Shown here: positions 12,547-25,470 of the stretch, piece after piece
Layout: each line of letters begins with the position of its first letter
Numbering within the stretch: the stretch's first letter is position 1
Source: Laetmonice hystrix
Lineage: Eukaryota
Direction: 5' to 3'
Length of the DNA stretch: 64,000 bases
Assembly (NCBI GenBank): GCA_965235115.1
Contig: OZ249436.1
Span: 33,916,001-33,980,000, forward strand
Notes under the pieces: generated by a model
What the model saw: the letters and a program-made list of their open reading frames with translations, nothing else
Databases searched by the model: none
What the model was told of the DNA's origin: nothing
Program-made: the position numbers and the translations under genes

Positions 12547-15500
12547 TGTCATCACTATCATCACCGCCCGGTCCGGAGGTTGGGGGGAACATGGTGACCG
12601 GCAGGCTTTATGGACATTTTAACTCTTGGGGTTTTCATGTGGAACGTCGCCAGAGAGTCTACGTGGACAGGCACAACTTGGAAGTCGAGGTGGTTGTGTG
12701 TGGACGGCAGGGCGGCAGATATCGGTGCTTCGGTTCAGGGGGGTGGGAGTGCAGGGGGGGGGGGGGGTTATGTCTCATGCTTGTGGAGCCTAGGAAACCA
12801 CCTACGTATTCCACGGCTTGCTGCGTGTAGTGGCTACAGCAAGCTAGAACATGCTTATGGTGCTGTGTCGGGTCTGGGGTATTCGGCTTAAAAGCCTTCG
12901 ACAGACCTTGCATGTGTCTGGTTAGTCCAGAAACTAAGTAAGTTACGTGAACCGTGTTGTTGAGTATGGCACTGCCATTGCGGTTTGGTAAAAAAAAACC
13001 AAGCTAGTAGAATGACTGTGTGGTACCTAAATAAAGAACTGGAGCTGGGTTGTTTGTACGGATATGTAACCAAAATTATGGCAATACATCTCACATGGTC
13101 TGGTAAGGATAGATGCCAAAAGTCCAAGTGAGTTATTGTTTTTATAGCCAAACGGATACAATTTTCAGACCGGTATTACGGGGGGGTGGGGGGAATATGT
13201 GCCGACAATAATATCACTTTGAAATGAAAAGCTGTATAAAAGGCACTTAATCGGTTGATTTCTGTCATTGTCAAAACGTTTACTGTTGCAGTATGTCGAT
13301 TTACAGTGATCTTAAATCTTAAAGTGTGATACAAGAAACTAGGTCCCCGGTAATGCGTACCTAGGCTACCTAGAAATGTTTTGAGGAAACGAGGTCTCAA
13401 ACCGATGGTTTCGCGACGTTATTTCATTGATGGCAACGCAAAACCAGATGGAGCTATTTTGGGGGCAAGCATAAACATTTCGTATTACAATGTAATTTTT
13501 TCATTAGGCCCTATGGCCCATTGTGATACGTTTGTGTATGATATTAGGATCAGTGGCTAACAACGTTCAATATAGTGCAGGATGCCCGAGTCGAACATCA
13601 CCTACGCTTCACAAACTGTTAAATGGCCCATGCATGATCATGTGAGATCCTCTATTGTAGGTTTTCTTTTTCTTGCATAATCTTAACTTGACAAAGTGTT
13701 GTCAGTGTGGCACGAGGACTGCCTCAGTCAGCGGAGGTGACAGTAACGTTACTGTTGGCACTAGAGACGGTAAACTACACGTCGCCACATCTCATTAACC
13801 GGGGCTCTTCATGGTCGAAAGACTTCCCTAAATGAACCTGCAGATAAGGTTTTCTTCTCGTTTTTCTTATCTATATATTGTGGACTTGTCTCTTAACGGT
13901 ATAGGTGTTGTAGTTGTACAGGCTCAGCAAGAAATGTGTTGATGCGGTTTAAAGGAGAGCTTGTCGGTTTTATTTTAAGGGCTATTTATAGTAAGTGTTC
14001 CGTATTTCTAAGGTCAGTTGAAAAAAAGTGAATTTTTAACTGCAGTGTTTAGGATTCTGATGTTAACCATATAGGATCGTGTCGTATTTTCTGTTTTGGT
14101 GTTTCAGTAGTAGAAGACTTGTCGAGACCTCAGACATATGCCTACGATTCGGGCATGTAGCTGTTTTATGTACACATGTATATACCAAACCTTCTGTTCG
14201 GTAGGAATCCTTAGTAACTGAAGGTTTAAACTTGCCTTCACTGAGGGACATTTTTCTGGTTCTTAAAAAAAGCTTTGTGTACTATAACCAGTCGGTCTGC
14301 ATGTGTTGTTTGATTTACCCCATTGCGCTGCATTAAGTAACCAAGGAAACTCTTAAAGGTTCACCTGGCATTTAATTGTTGGGTCCGTAACCATTCTGCT
14401 GTTTACTGTCTGGCTTACCCTGACGTGCTTTCCGTGTCGATGATGTGTCGAAAACTCCCGGTTGTTCGTGATAAAAATACATGCAAGGATATATCAGCTG
14501 AAACTGATAGCCACACGTCTGCAGGTTCTACTGAACGGGGGCGTCATGCAACCTCAGCCGTGTCTCGCTACCAACTGATAGAGGGATTTCTATTTCTATT
14601 CTTTTTGTCAGCCGTAAGGAATCACTATTAAGATGATCTATCCTGGAAAATGATTACTCTTTTTTTTAAATAATGAAACAACCCTAAAAGTTACCAGTGT
14701 TGGTATGTATGGATGGCCAGATGGAAGGGCCAGGCGTTTGTGGTGGTGAACGTAACAGTATTTTTCTCCGGCAGAGAGCGCTGGTGTCTTCCGGACGGTG
14801 GGCCCTAACTCTGTATTATTACCTGTCGGTCTGCCGCTGTAGGCAGCTCGGGAGCTTGCCCAGGGTTAGACTCGCACTGTTATCATTCACCAGTTCTGTG
14901 ATAGAAACAAAAAAAAGTGAAAGTGCAAAACGATACTTTTTCATCAACATGTTCACCGTTTCGTTAACCTCCCTTTTCTTGTTGTCTATTCCCTTATTGT
15001 AACCGCGATTTTGATCGCGTTGCGGTTCCGGTAGGGTCATAGAGGGGTTGTATCCTTTCTCTTGGAGCCGCCGCCTATTGTTTTACCGTTGTGTAACATG
15101 TGACAGTTGGACTCTGGGCTGTTGCGCCTCATGTCTACACTATAATGACATGCTTGACCTATTGGTATATTGAGGTCTACTAAAATTCAGCCGTAGGATC
15201 TATTTACGGGCGTTTGGTAAGCACAGGTCGCGTGTTCTGTTCGTTGATACGCTTACCAGTCGATGTAGATTAGGGAGCGGGTGACAGTCTCGAGACTCTA
15301 GGGTGATTTCAAGAACCTCGGTGGTTCTGCTACCAAGCCAAAGTAGACGTACATTGTCTGGCCAATTCGTATTATTTCTCAGGCCTGAAAAAGGAATTTG
15401 GTTTTAAAAGATTGTTAATGACACTATACAAGTTAGATATCGTGCTGCACATAGTTGAATATGTAGAGTCCCATGTTTAGGCGATTCCTATTTGAAAACA

Positions 15501-16710
15501 GTGTACTGGTATCTTGTGCTGTTGTGTATGGAGCGTTACCTATTAGAAACAGACGGATAACGTCAGGGTAACATACTACCATTATAGGCATCTTATGAAA
15601 AGTAATGTTGACCAAAACGTTGCTAGATCGACACTACAATGTAGTCACTCATCGTAGGTTCTGTCAGCGTGGGAAGATTTACAAGATTGTTGTGAAAAAC
15701 AAGGAATTTGTCTTCAAAATCAGCAGTCAAGCCTTAGAAACCATCCCGTACAAGTCAATTTCCCCGAATTGTTCTGGCATTATGATGATAGAGGTACATG
15801 TCTTTTTAAAAAAGAAGGGGGCATTTAAAGACCCTTGCTGATGATAGCTCAAAGAAATGTTTCAAGTTGTTCACAGTAATAGGTTCATAACGTAGCCATT
15901 TGTCGGTGGTGCAATTTCTGTAACTGTGTCCTGGAACGTGCATCTTTAAACACATGCGGTTTCAGATAATTTCGATAGACACTGCAGACAATTATCGTCG
16001 GTTTACATTTGGTGATGATACCCCACCGTAGGATACGTATATAAAAAAGAATGGTCTTTACTGCATTGTATTATTTGAGGTTACACCAAGATAATCTTCT
16101 TCATTTGTTCTATGTATTATTTCGGCTGATTTCACATGTAAACATGTGCGCTGAGCGTTCACTAATTGGTACTGGTGCCTCAAGCGGTTGCTCTTGTTTC
16201 TGTCCCGCCTCTAGTCGTACAATATCATATTTACCCTTGGATTGCCATGGTAGTCAGAGCACCTGACTTGACTGTACTTATTGGCAGTGCTGGTAGCACT
16301 GCGAAACGGCACTAGTATTGCTGCCAGTCATTTGAAATAGGCCTACACTGAAATCGAACAAAAATAGTCATTTGTTGCACCAACTGTGTATACCCGTATT
16401 ATCATGTGCCCCATGATTTAAAAAGGGTGATTCCCATAAGTTAGTTGATGTCGGTGTTCTTAAAATCTGGAGAATGAATTCATACGTCATACGGCTGTCC
16501 GTGGCAAGGCTCTTAATCTTATGCACAGGCGGTTTTTGCTGACGTCAGTATGCCATGTATTTTGAGACGTCACAGAATGATGTCCTGGTAAAGATAGTGA
16601 TTTGTGTTGTCATTATTTAGTGCGTCCTGATGAAATACATCCGTATAAAGATGATGTTATACGTTGGCTTCATTCAAGATGAATACAACCAGTCATATTA
16701 CCATAATGTA

Positions 16711-16716
16711 AATAAA
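16711..16716 (+). terminator. Candidate distal poly(A) signal of the myosin IX transcript
   Basis: AATAAA followed by GT/T-rich sequence, at the end of ~4.2 kb with no recognisable exons. A more proximal AATAAA lies at 13030-13035. Confidence 0.4.
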
Positions 16717-16759
16717 CAAGGCTCTGTTGATGGAATATACAGTGATTTACGTGTCAGTT

Positions 16760-16765
16760 TTTATT
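16760..16765 (-). terminator. Candidate poly(A) signal of the CRAL-TRIO transcript
   Basis: TTTATT on + (AATAAA on -), about 300 nt past the stop codon at 17068. Confidence 0.45.
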
Positions 16766-17067
16766 CTTTCTAACAGTTTTAGTACAACGCTTTGGCGCAG
16801 GACTGCATATTGTAGCGTTAATCTTTACAGGCCTTAATACGTTAAGTCTATAGGCATAGCCCTTTATGATATGTAAGAAAATCGTATTTGAATCCGTAGA
16901 TGCAAAGCCTGTTGATTTTGCCCGTGTACCGGGTACGTATCGAGGACCAGCCCCACCCGTCCAAGCCGAACGATTTAATCTATTCCCAGTTACCGATACT
17001 ATCGGATAGGGCTTGCGGATATATTATACCCTCTGTCGTATGAAAAAGGCTGGGTGATGTGAAAGCG

Positions 17068-20000
17068 TCAGTCGACTGCCAGTTTCCTGAAGGACCCCAC
17101 CATTCCCCAGCCACCCGCCGCGTTGTCCACAACCTTGGCGGGTCGCTTGCTCTCATCGATTCCCAGAGTGGCAGCGTTCAGTTCGAACTCGGTTTTATTC
17201 TTTATCAGCTCCTCCTTCCACGACTCTGTAGCAGGTAGAAAGAGCAAGGTTTATCGGACAGAAAGGTTTTTTTTATAATCATTACAGACGGTACGGTAGG
17301 GTCTATACAAAGTCTTGCTCTCGCCGAATTGACAGGTAACAAAATGAGGCGAACAAAAAAGTGAAATCATAAATCAAGGGCTCCTATATATTCCAGGTGT
17401 CGGTGAAGGTCAAGTTGTGACTAGATCTAACTTCATACCTTTCGTACCAGTCAGAGCATAGCCTTTGCTTGAGTTAAAAAAACTGGATCTCTGGACCTTT
17501 GAATATAGACTAACGCATAGCGAATGATTGTAATGGTAAACTTACTGGCCAAATCAGCAATCGGCCCAGCCTCACCGCCGTATTCCGTCGGTAACATTCT
17601 CTTTGGTACTTCCACATGAAGGGATTCCAGCGATGACTTGTGAAAGTGGAGCTTTAATAAAAAAAAGCAACTATGTTCTACTTCTTACGATCAAGTAGGC
17701 CCCACAGTAATCATGATTGGAAGAGCATCGCCAGCTGAATTTGAATTTCAAACAAACATTTAATCTGCACACATACCCGTCGTTTAGTCTTCTCTTTCAT
17801 GAAGTACTTGCACAATTCCATGAAACCGTTGAATATAGTTGGTGTATCATAGTAGTTGATTGCTTTGTTTCGTGTAGGATATACATCCTGAAAAATCACA
17901 CATCGTTTTGACAGATAGGCTATTATTTTCACCAGATCCTCTCCACAAGGTATTATAAATTGGTACTCAACAGCCTGAAGGTAAGATTAACGGGGAAGTA
18001 TAAAGAAATTTGTTTATGATTTGATCTGCCAGTAGGTTGACACTACCGCATCAACCGTCTGATTTAAAAATACGCCTGATCATTTCCGTAAATAAGGGGG
18101 TATGTTCGTGCTGTAAAGAAATCATATTTTACTCTTCCTAATCAGTTGAACAAAATCGTTCACGTTTGATGAAGATCTACGTTTGGGCTTCAGAGGTCAT
18201 CAACCGGTACACCTAGATCTGTACTCACCTGCCAGCACTTCATGCATTTCTGAAGGGTGTCCATGTTATAGACCAGAAGATGCGATGCACTGAACAGGCC
18301 GAAGTCGAGGACAACCACAATACCATGAACTTGAACATATTCGTCTTTCAGAATGACGTCAGATAACATGAAACCTAGCTTCATGACATCACCGTAGTAG
18401 TGTTTATTTGGGTCGTATGCTCCTATAACAGTTGAGAATTGGTAAGCTTTCTTCAGGTTTTTTGATTACTTGAGAGTTGACTTGAGAGCAAAGGTGTACT
18501 TTGAATCCTATGTTTTTTAATTTACAGGTCTACACGCAAAGGCAGCCCAATCCTCGGGATTATGCTGATCACATGTTAAAAAAACCATTTCAATTGTAGA
18601 CCAAATTCCGTAAAGTGCATAGATTACCAATTCAATATCTGGTGTGAGAGGATATAATCTTACCTGTTCGAATGAGAAGAACTTTTCTCCCGTTGTCATC
18701 TCTGCCCGGAAGTGGTACACTTTGTCTATTGATACAAATAAATTCATCTTTAAACACCTTGCAAGGTCGAAAAACCTAAGTAGATGTAGTCATGGTCCAG
18801 TAGCGTACCCAGGGAGGGTGCTTCGGGTGCTCAAGCACCCCCTCAATTTGCCCATTTTTTTGCGCTTGTTGCCCACAGCCCCTCCCAATTTGCAGCGCCT
18901 AGGACGTTGGTTATTTCCAGCACCCCCTGGCCTGGGTACGGTTTCTAGGTAGGCCTACGCCACTGTGCTCCATGTAATATGGAAGGTTGTTACCGAAGGT
19001 TGTAACATGGTAATTGTGAGGAATTATTTTCCTGTTGGTTCAATAGATCTAATCCTATTATATAAATTTACCCTCTCCTTTAAAAAAAGTAATTTTGATT
19101 GACATTCCACCTAAGGAGGTAAAACATGAAAAAAAATAGAATTCTTTATTTAAACACATAGGCCTACACCCTAAATGAACTCACATCAAATCAAGGAGTT
19201 CGCTCAAGTTTGGGGCGAGAGGATCCATCTTGTCAAACCAATCTGGTACCCCCTGCGTCTGACTACATCGAACTGTGAGAAAGTTGTCAATTTTCTCCTG
19301 GGCGCGGAGCTGGCTGAATTTGGCGCAGCGCAAGAAACGCAACAGGAAGTGGTCATCTGAAAGGGAAGTTGTTTCAGAGTGAGAAAGCCGGGCAGTTTAG
19401 AGAAAGTGTGGCAACAAGTATTTTGCACTTTTATTGTCCGTTTAGACGAGAGACGTGGCTAAAAGTACTTACACTAGTATGTTTGCCAGAACTCTACGGA
19501 ACCAAATAAACATTTTTCGGTAAAACCTTAAATCTGTCCATACTCGCACACGCAAAATGGGGGCGATTATATGGTGACGCAGAAAGCTGCTGGATATGGC
19601 TTTCAGAATTCGTCAAAATCTCGGGTCAGGCGACTAGGGCCACTGGACTGTTATGGAACTCTGTCCCATAACCATACCTATACATATTTTTATACATTGT
19701 TTTATATTTGTAGTAACATTAACGTCTACACACGGTATGCATGCGCCTCACTTCGAACATGTGTTTATTAATTAATCTAGTATGTCCGCACGGTCCGGGT
19801 AACTCTTATGTAGGTCAATCACCCTGGCCCTACTTTCTGTAATCTGGAAATTATAAATAGGGATGATGCTCAGCAGCTCGCTCTCTCGCCCTCCAGCCTC
19901 CATGGGACACACATGGTACACACACATAGATAAGTCTTTGCCATCCGTTTCTTGTACTGTATTGTTTGATATGTATTGTTTGCCATGTACGTAGGCCTAT

Positions 20001-21381
20001 GTATCAGGACGCCTACTTTGTATATGGGATGAAACTGTGAACGTAAATGAAACATGTAAGTTAGATTGAAAGCCAAGTTTGTCATCATACCGCTTTATGT
20101 AGACCGGCCCTAGTCACCTCTCGCTTCCCCGCTTTGTTCCCACCATCAGCTTAAATCCTTATTCTTAACCATATGGTTCCTGCATTCCCCCCACACAACC
20201 GTAAGCCCCCGCCCCCCCCCCCCCCCCCCCCACACACACAACCCTATAATAGCTAGGACTATATATAGACAGAAGTTTACACATATTTATAGTTTCTGCT
20301 TCCGTGGCGGTGGCCTAGTGGGCATGGATGTCGACACGCTATGCGAATGGGTGCAGTAATCTTAGGGCCTGAGTTCGATTCCTGTAGAGGACTATACAAC
20401 TTTTCTCTTTAGGGACATTGTCAAAGTAATTGGGTTACCCCTGATGCCCGTGCATTTCAAAAGAAAAATACAATCACTCGAGTTTATCGAAAGTTAAGGA
20501 CTATATATAGACAGAAGTTTACACATATTTATAGTTTCTGCTTCCCTGGTAATCACACAATCACTCGAGTTTATCGAAAGTTAAGATAGGTACCTACCCT
20601 ATATACTATAGTACGTATACAGCCACGTTTAGGTGTATATAATACCTAATGCATTACCACGCTCGTATGGCTCAATCCTATTATTCATTTACGTCGATAT
20701 ATAGGCCTACTTGACGGTGACAATTTTGATGCTCAGTCCCTTTTTTGAACTATAAAATTTGTCAGAAAGATTCCTTCACAGAAGGCCATTTGCACTAACA
20801 GTGGGGAATCCAGGGGAGGCACCTAAAAAAAATTATCCTGCTACGTTCGGCATGATTTTATTGTGATTATGGCCATTTTGGGCCCCTTTTGGTCTATGTC
20901 AATGCTGCATGGCCCAGAGTTAGGCCTGTTGCTCCTGGATGAGTGAGGAGGCCCTAATTTTGGGCCCGATGTTACTATCACGTACACAATATAGGAGGCT
21001 TTTTAAAATAAGTTTGCTGAAATCCTGGTTTCAGGGTCCGAATAATACATCTTCTTTTAAAAAAAGGTTGGGGAAAGGAGAATTTAAGGGGGGCGGGCCC
21101 CTTGCCCCCCCCCCCCCCGATCCCCCAGTGCACTAACTATATGAGCCCTTTACTCGAATACATCGCGGGAGTCAGTTATCACTAGTAGGGCCTCGAGGTC
21201 TATATCGCAACCTATTTCTTGACCTACCTGTTCGGCATTTCAAATGGGGCTGAGCCTTCACCCACTGCCGAAAGGTTTCAATGTGCGACGCTCGCTCCTT
21301 GGGGTCCTCGTTTAGCTCCTCTTTGGCTTTCTTCTGTGTCTCCTCGTCCAACGTGCACACATACGTGCCCTCTCCCGACAT
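17068..21381 (-). CDS. CRAL-TRIO (Sec14-like) lipid-binding protein of the alpha-tocopherol transfer protein/clavesin/RLBP1-like group, 318 aa, complete
   Basis: Seven in-phase exons: 21381-21228, 19356-19185, 18725-18664, 18422-18229, 17887-17777, 17651-17546, 17225-17068 (957 nt). Motifs: AKEELNED, DDHFLLRFLRCAKF, LPGRDDNGRKV, QVHGIVVVLDF, LPTEYGG and the C-terminal GSFRKLAVD*. Confidence 0.95.
18797..18965. mobile_element. Short MITE-like insertion in a CRAL-TRIO intron
   Basis: Terminal inverted repeats CAGTAGCGTA ... TACGCCACTG around a GC-rich non-coding core. Confidence 0.5.
20304..20470 (+). mobile_element. tRNA-derived SINE
   Basis: Pol III A box TGGCCTAGTGG (20311-20321), B box GTTCGATTCC (20373-20382) and an A-rich end. 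It does not form a full cloverleaf. Confidence 0.65.
20799..21130. mobile_element. MITE-like insertion
   Basis: Imperfect TIRs CAGTGGGGAATC ... GATCCCCCAGTG. TGCACTAAC occurs at both junctions. Confidence 0.55.
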
Positions 21382-22018
21382 CTTTAATCTGTTTATAAAT
21401 ACTGGTTGATGGGTTGAAAGGTGGACGTTAGAAAGTAGGTAGGCCTACTGCATTAAAGCTGTCGACAGCACCAGTCCTGTTGCACTGCAGTGTTGAGGGT
21501 CTGCCTTTCCACGTCTCGAGGCCAACATGCTGGCCAACAGAGATAACACCGGTCCGTGTCGACTACTTCTTGGAGCTCTATGGAGTGCCATTGGAATATT
21601 TATTCACCATTTGCTAGACTAAGGCATCAAATTGTTGGGAGATGCTTTCAAACCGAGTAAATATACATTTCTGCTCGAGATAGGCCTACAGGCCAAACGT
21701 TTCTTTTTTCCTGCCCCCTCCTCATTTCTTCCCTCTTCTCTCTCCAATCCTTCTTTCTTAGGCCTACCTATAACTAGAAGTAAAACAAGTGCATATACTA
21801 ACTGTAGAGTATAGCGTGGGGCAAGGCACACCCCCGAGTAAGACGCCCAAGTGGCATAATATCGCTTATAATAATTGGCGTTTTCTAACAGCTTTATGTG
21901 CGACCGGAGGACGTCACGTCCGACCAGAGCTACGTCATGCCAGTTTTCCGGCGAATACATGTAGATCAAAATGATTGTTTTTGCCCCTTTTAAATCTGAA
22001 AAAGAGAGACTATATGTT

Positions 22019-22683
22019 CATAAGCGTAGGAACCGGGGGGCAGGCGGCGTTAGCCCCCCAATATCAAAAGTGGGGGGGGGGGGGCTGAAGTGTGTTTCAG
22101 CCCCCCAACATTTGGTTGCTTTCTTGGTCGAGGCCGGTTTCATGCCGATTTTCTATGTATCACGCATAAAAATGATGAAATTTTGTTGATAGAATTGAGA
22201 GAGATTTTTGCTCCGAGATGCTCAGAGAAAAATTCTGGGGGAGGGTCCCCAGAACACCCGCCAGGGCCCGCCTATGGTGGGCATGCATTATCCCCCCCCC
22301 CCCCACCCCAACCTTCAGCCCCCACCCCCCAACCAAAAAGAGCTTCCGACGCCTATGATGTTGACCCCTTGAAAAAGATGGAAATAGATGGAAATGAAAA
22401 TGTCAGATGCGCTTGAATTAGCCGAAATTTTAAGGTCGCGGTGCAGCTTGATGAGTGGGGAAAGACACCTTCATGAGCCTTGCCTCGGTGATAGATCTAG
22501 GCCTATAGGCGTCGTAATAGTTCAGGGGCGTAGGAAGCTGGGGGCAGGGGGGCTGCTGCCCCCCCCCCCCCCCAATATTATAAAATGACCGCATATGGCT
22601 CAATGCAAAAGCATAGGCGTAAGTCATTATGACGTCACTTCTGCCCCCCCCCCCCCAATATTTTTTTCCTTCCTACACTACTG
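22019..22683. mobile_element. Two adjacent G/C-tract MITEs (about 22019-22356 and 22523-22683)
   Basis: TIR pairs CATAAGCGTAGGAA ... TTCCGACGCCTATG and CAGGGGCGTAGGAAG ... CTTCCTACACTACTG, each with internal poly-G/poly-C tracts. Confidence 0.55.
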
Positions 22684-25332
22684 TAGTTGACAACATCGCG
22701 GGCATCTACCATACAATGTCAACACCAGTCTAGAAATGAGCAAAAGACTAGGCCGACCAACATGAAATTTGAGACTTTTGAAGGCATCAGATGTTAATGG
22801 CAGGCATCTATGCTGGAACAAACCAGGATAGGATGAAATTTAAGGGTGGATGTCTTATCAAGGTCATTGGGGTCAAATATACCCTGCATCTCTATTTTTG
22901 GTCTCCTGCATTTTATGGTGAATCGTTTCGTCAATGCTTTGTCTGCCCTCTTGGAGTGACCATATGCTCGCCATCTAATGGATTATTTAATCCTTGTATG
23001 GCCAAAAAGGGCATATCGGTCAACTACATTTAGGCCTACACCCAAAATGGGGCCACCAGTTCTCTCCATCAGCATTTATTGTCTAGCTGGGTTGCAGCAA
23101 TCCACTCCATCACATCCACAAATGTAGCCTACATTGAAGTTTGTTCCTGAAGCAATTGCATCTGGCTGTTTCGCACTTTGTTTTGCACCCGCAGCATGGT
23201 CATGGTCATCACCGTTTTCAACCATCCATTTCTAAAACATAGGCCATTTGATACGGCACAAAGCTTCAAATTTCAGTTGGGGTCCTCAAACGGCACGATA
23301 GTAGGCTTTGCCTTTCAGACGATTGGATGGTGTTTGCTGCAGACACCCCTGTTTCAGTCCATTTACCATGTGTTGACCAATGGTGCCTATACTCTTGTAA
23401 TAAGAAATAACGGTGTTACTTCACAGTTAGGCATATTTGATTAACATTTATAAAACATACAGTACTTACACTTGAAAATGAAGCAATCATTAGTTATATG
23501 CAACAATTTGTTGTCTAAACATCATTTACTGCTGACAGGGAAAATGATATTAAGATTCGTCATTATCACCCTGGTTGACCTTTTTGACCTTGAAAACAAC
23601 CTTAAAGTCAAAATGTTAGAGTGGCATCCACCCTAATCTTATTCAGTAGCTAATGTAGGACAGTTCTCGAGGGGATGCTTTCCATTAACAAAAATGTTTT
23701 TTGCTACTTTGGGAAAAACTTGGTTTCAGCAGCATCGTAGGCCTAATGTGTTGTAAAGATCTCATGAATGTGTTGAAATTTGTCCCAGCGGCACTCCATA
23801 CATAGCTTCTAGGGCAGTGAAGAGATGGTTCCACCCTGATAAACTTTCATTTTCTTGACCCTGCTTCGGTGCGGTCTAAATGGGTTCAATGGCTGCCCCC
23901 TCACCCGCTGGGCTAAAGATATTGTAAACTGGTCTAAATCCGACACTCCGACAAAATGTTAATGGTGCTATATATAGTAGGCCTAGTCACTGGGCCTAGA
24001 TCTACAACATATAAATGTCTCGGGACAATTTTTTTCCGGCGGCATTCTGCATGGATTCTCCGTGACCTGGCTCTCGAATTCATGACCTATTCCTGGTTTC
24101 GGCATCAGGTAGAGGGGTAGCCCATCGCCCGTGATAACTAAAACCCCACGAATTTTGGTCGAAAATCCTAGCCATGACCTTAAGCGCTATCCCTAACCCC
24201 GGTCCCTACAACACCTCGCAAAAACATATCCCTATCCATGGCCTTAACCCGAACCCCTGCCCAAAAATTTTGTGGGGAAGTTATCATGGGGTAATGATCG
24301 AGGCCATTCCTCTAGGTGCATAGGCCTAATAGGCCTACGGTATGTACACTCTAAAAACTAAAGAGTTGCAGGGAGCTTGTAAAGAGTTGCATGTAGATCT
24401 AACTCTTTCAAACAGCCTGTACGGTGACTGCTCTTTGAGTTACATTAACTCTTTCGAAAGAGCAGAAATCTCAACCCTGTAGGCCTAAAGGGGTTATGTC
24501 GCGACTCTTTTTCAGAGCTTTTACAGCGAACTCAATGAAGGGGTTCGGGTGACACTTAAAGGGTATTTTCCTGTTCTTTCTTGGGTTCAACTTTCACCCG
24601 AAAAGGGTCATACGTTGGCCAATTAAACCAAATTGCTATACTTAATTATAATATTTACATTTAGGGCCTAGATCTATTACTAGGCCTAAAAAGTCAGGTA
24701 TTTAATTTGCGATCACTAAAAAGTCAGAATCTTCCAGTTTATTAACAGCTAAAAAGTCAGACTCTTGACATTCTTGACCGATAAAAAGTAGGCCCTGAAA
24801 GAGAAATCTTTTCAACCACTAAAAAGTCAGACTTGCAGATTTTTTACCACTCGAATTAGCGGCCTAGTATTATAACATCAAGTGTAGGTCTACCATATTA
24901 GCCGCCTTTAACTTTTTTTGTATAGGAAGGGGTGTGTGTGTGGGGGGGGGGGGGGGGGCAACTGCACTGGCGGATCCACTGCATGATTTCACTAAAGGGG
25001 GGGGGCACAGAAAAGCAATTCATGATTGTTCGCATTACTAATTACTAAAGGTGAATGCTCTTTCAGGAATGAGGGTTTTTGAGGTATAGGGGCCTAGGCC
25101 TACATAGGCCTAGGCCCCCCTATAGGCCTAGATAGGGGATAGCTCGGGGTTTCCCTAAGGTAGGCCTACACTAAAATTATGACTTCTAGGCCTAGGCCTA
25201 TGCTTTTGCCGTGTATAAGCCTAGAATCTATCATTCCTGAAGCTAAAGGGGGGCACGGTGCCTCCGCCTTTGAACTGCCCCCTGCCCCCCTCCTACTCTG
25301 ACGCGCCTGCATGATAAAAAAACGCACCCGAG

Positions 25333-25399
25333 CTGGTTCCTGATTCCCTCGCTAGGTGGCTCGACCACAGAGCCACCTAGCGAGGGAGCCGGGAACCAG
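25333..25399. repeat. 67-nt inverted repeat (30-bp arms, 7-nt loop) just upstream of the SNX24-like start codon
   Basis: CTGGTTCC-TGAT-TCCCTCGCTAGGTGGCTC gaccaca GAGCCACCTAGCGAGGGA-GCCG-GGAACCAG. Confidence 0.9.
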
Positions 25400-25470
25400 G
25401 TCAAGGAGAAGGCGGAAGCGCGTGTGGAGGAGGTGGAGCCGCGGAGTTCTAAATCACTTGAAGGTCTGAA

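Noticed and set aside
20304..20390. Possible tRNA gene
   Set aside because: A and B boxes are present but there is no acceptor stem or cloverleaf, and the sequence continues into a SINE-like body.
9318..24960. Many poly-C/poly-G tracts and TAGGCCTA palindromes, with the Pro/Gly-rich ORFs they create
   Set aside because: Low-complexity and MITE-associated background found throughout the introns and intergenic DNA.
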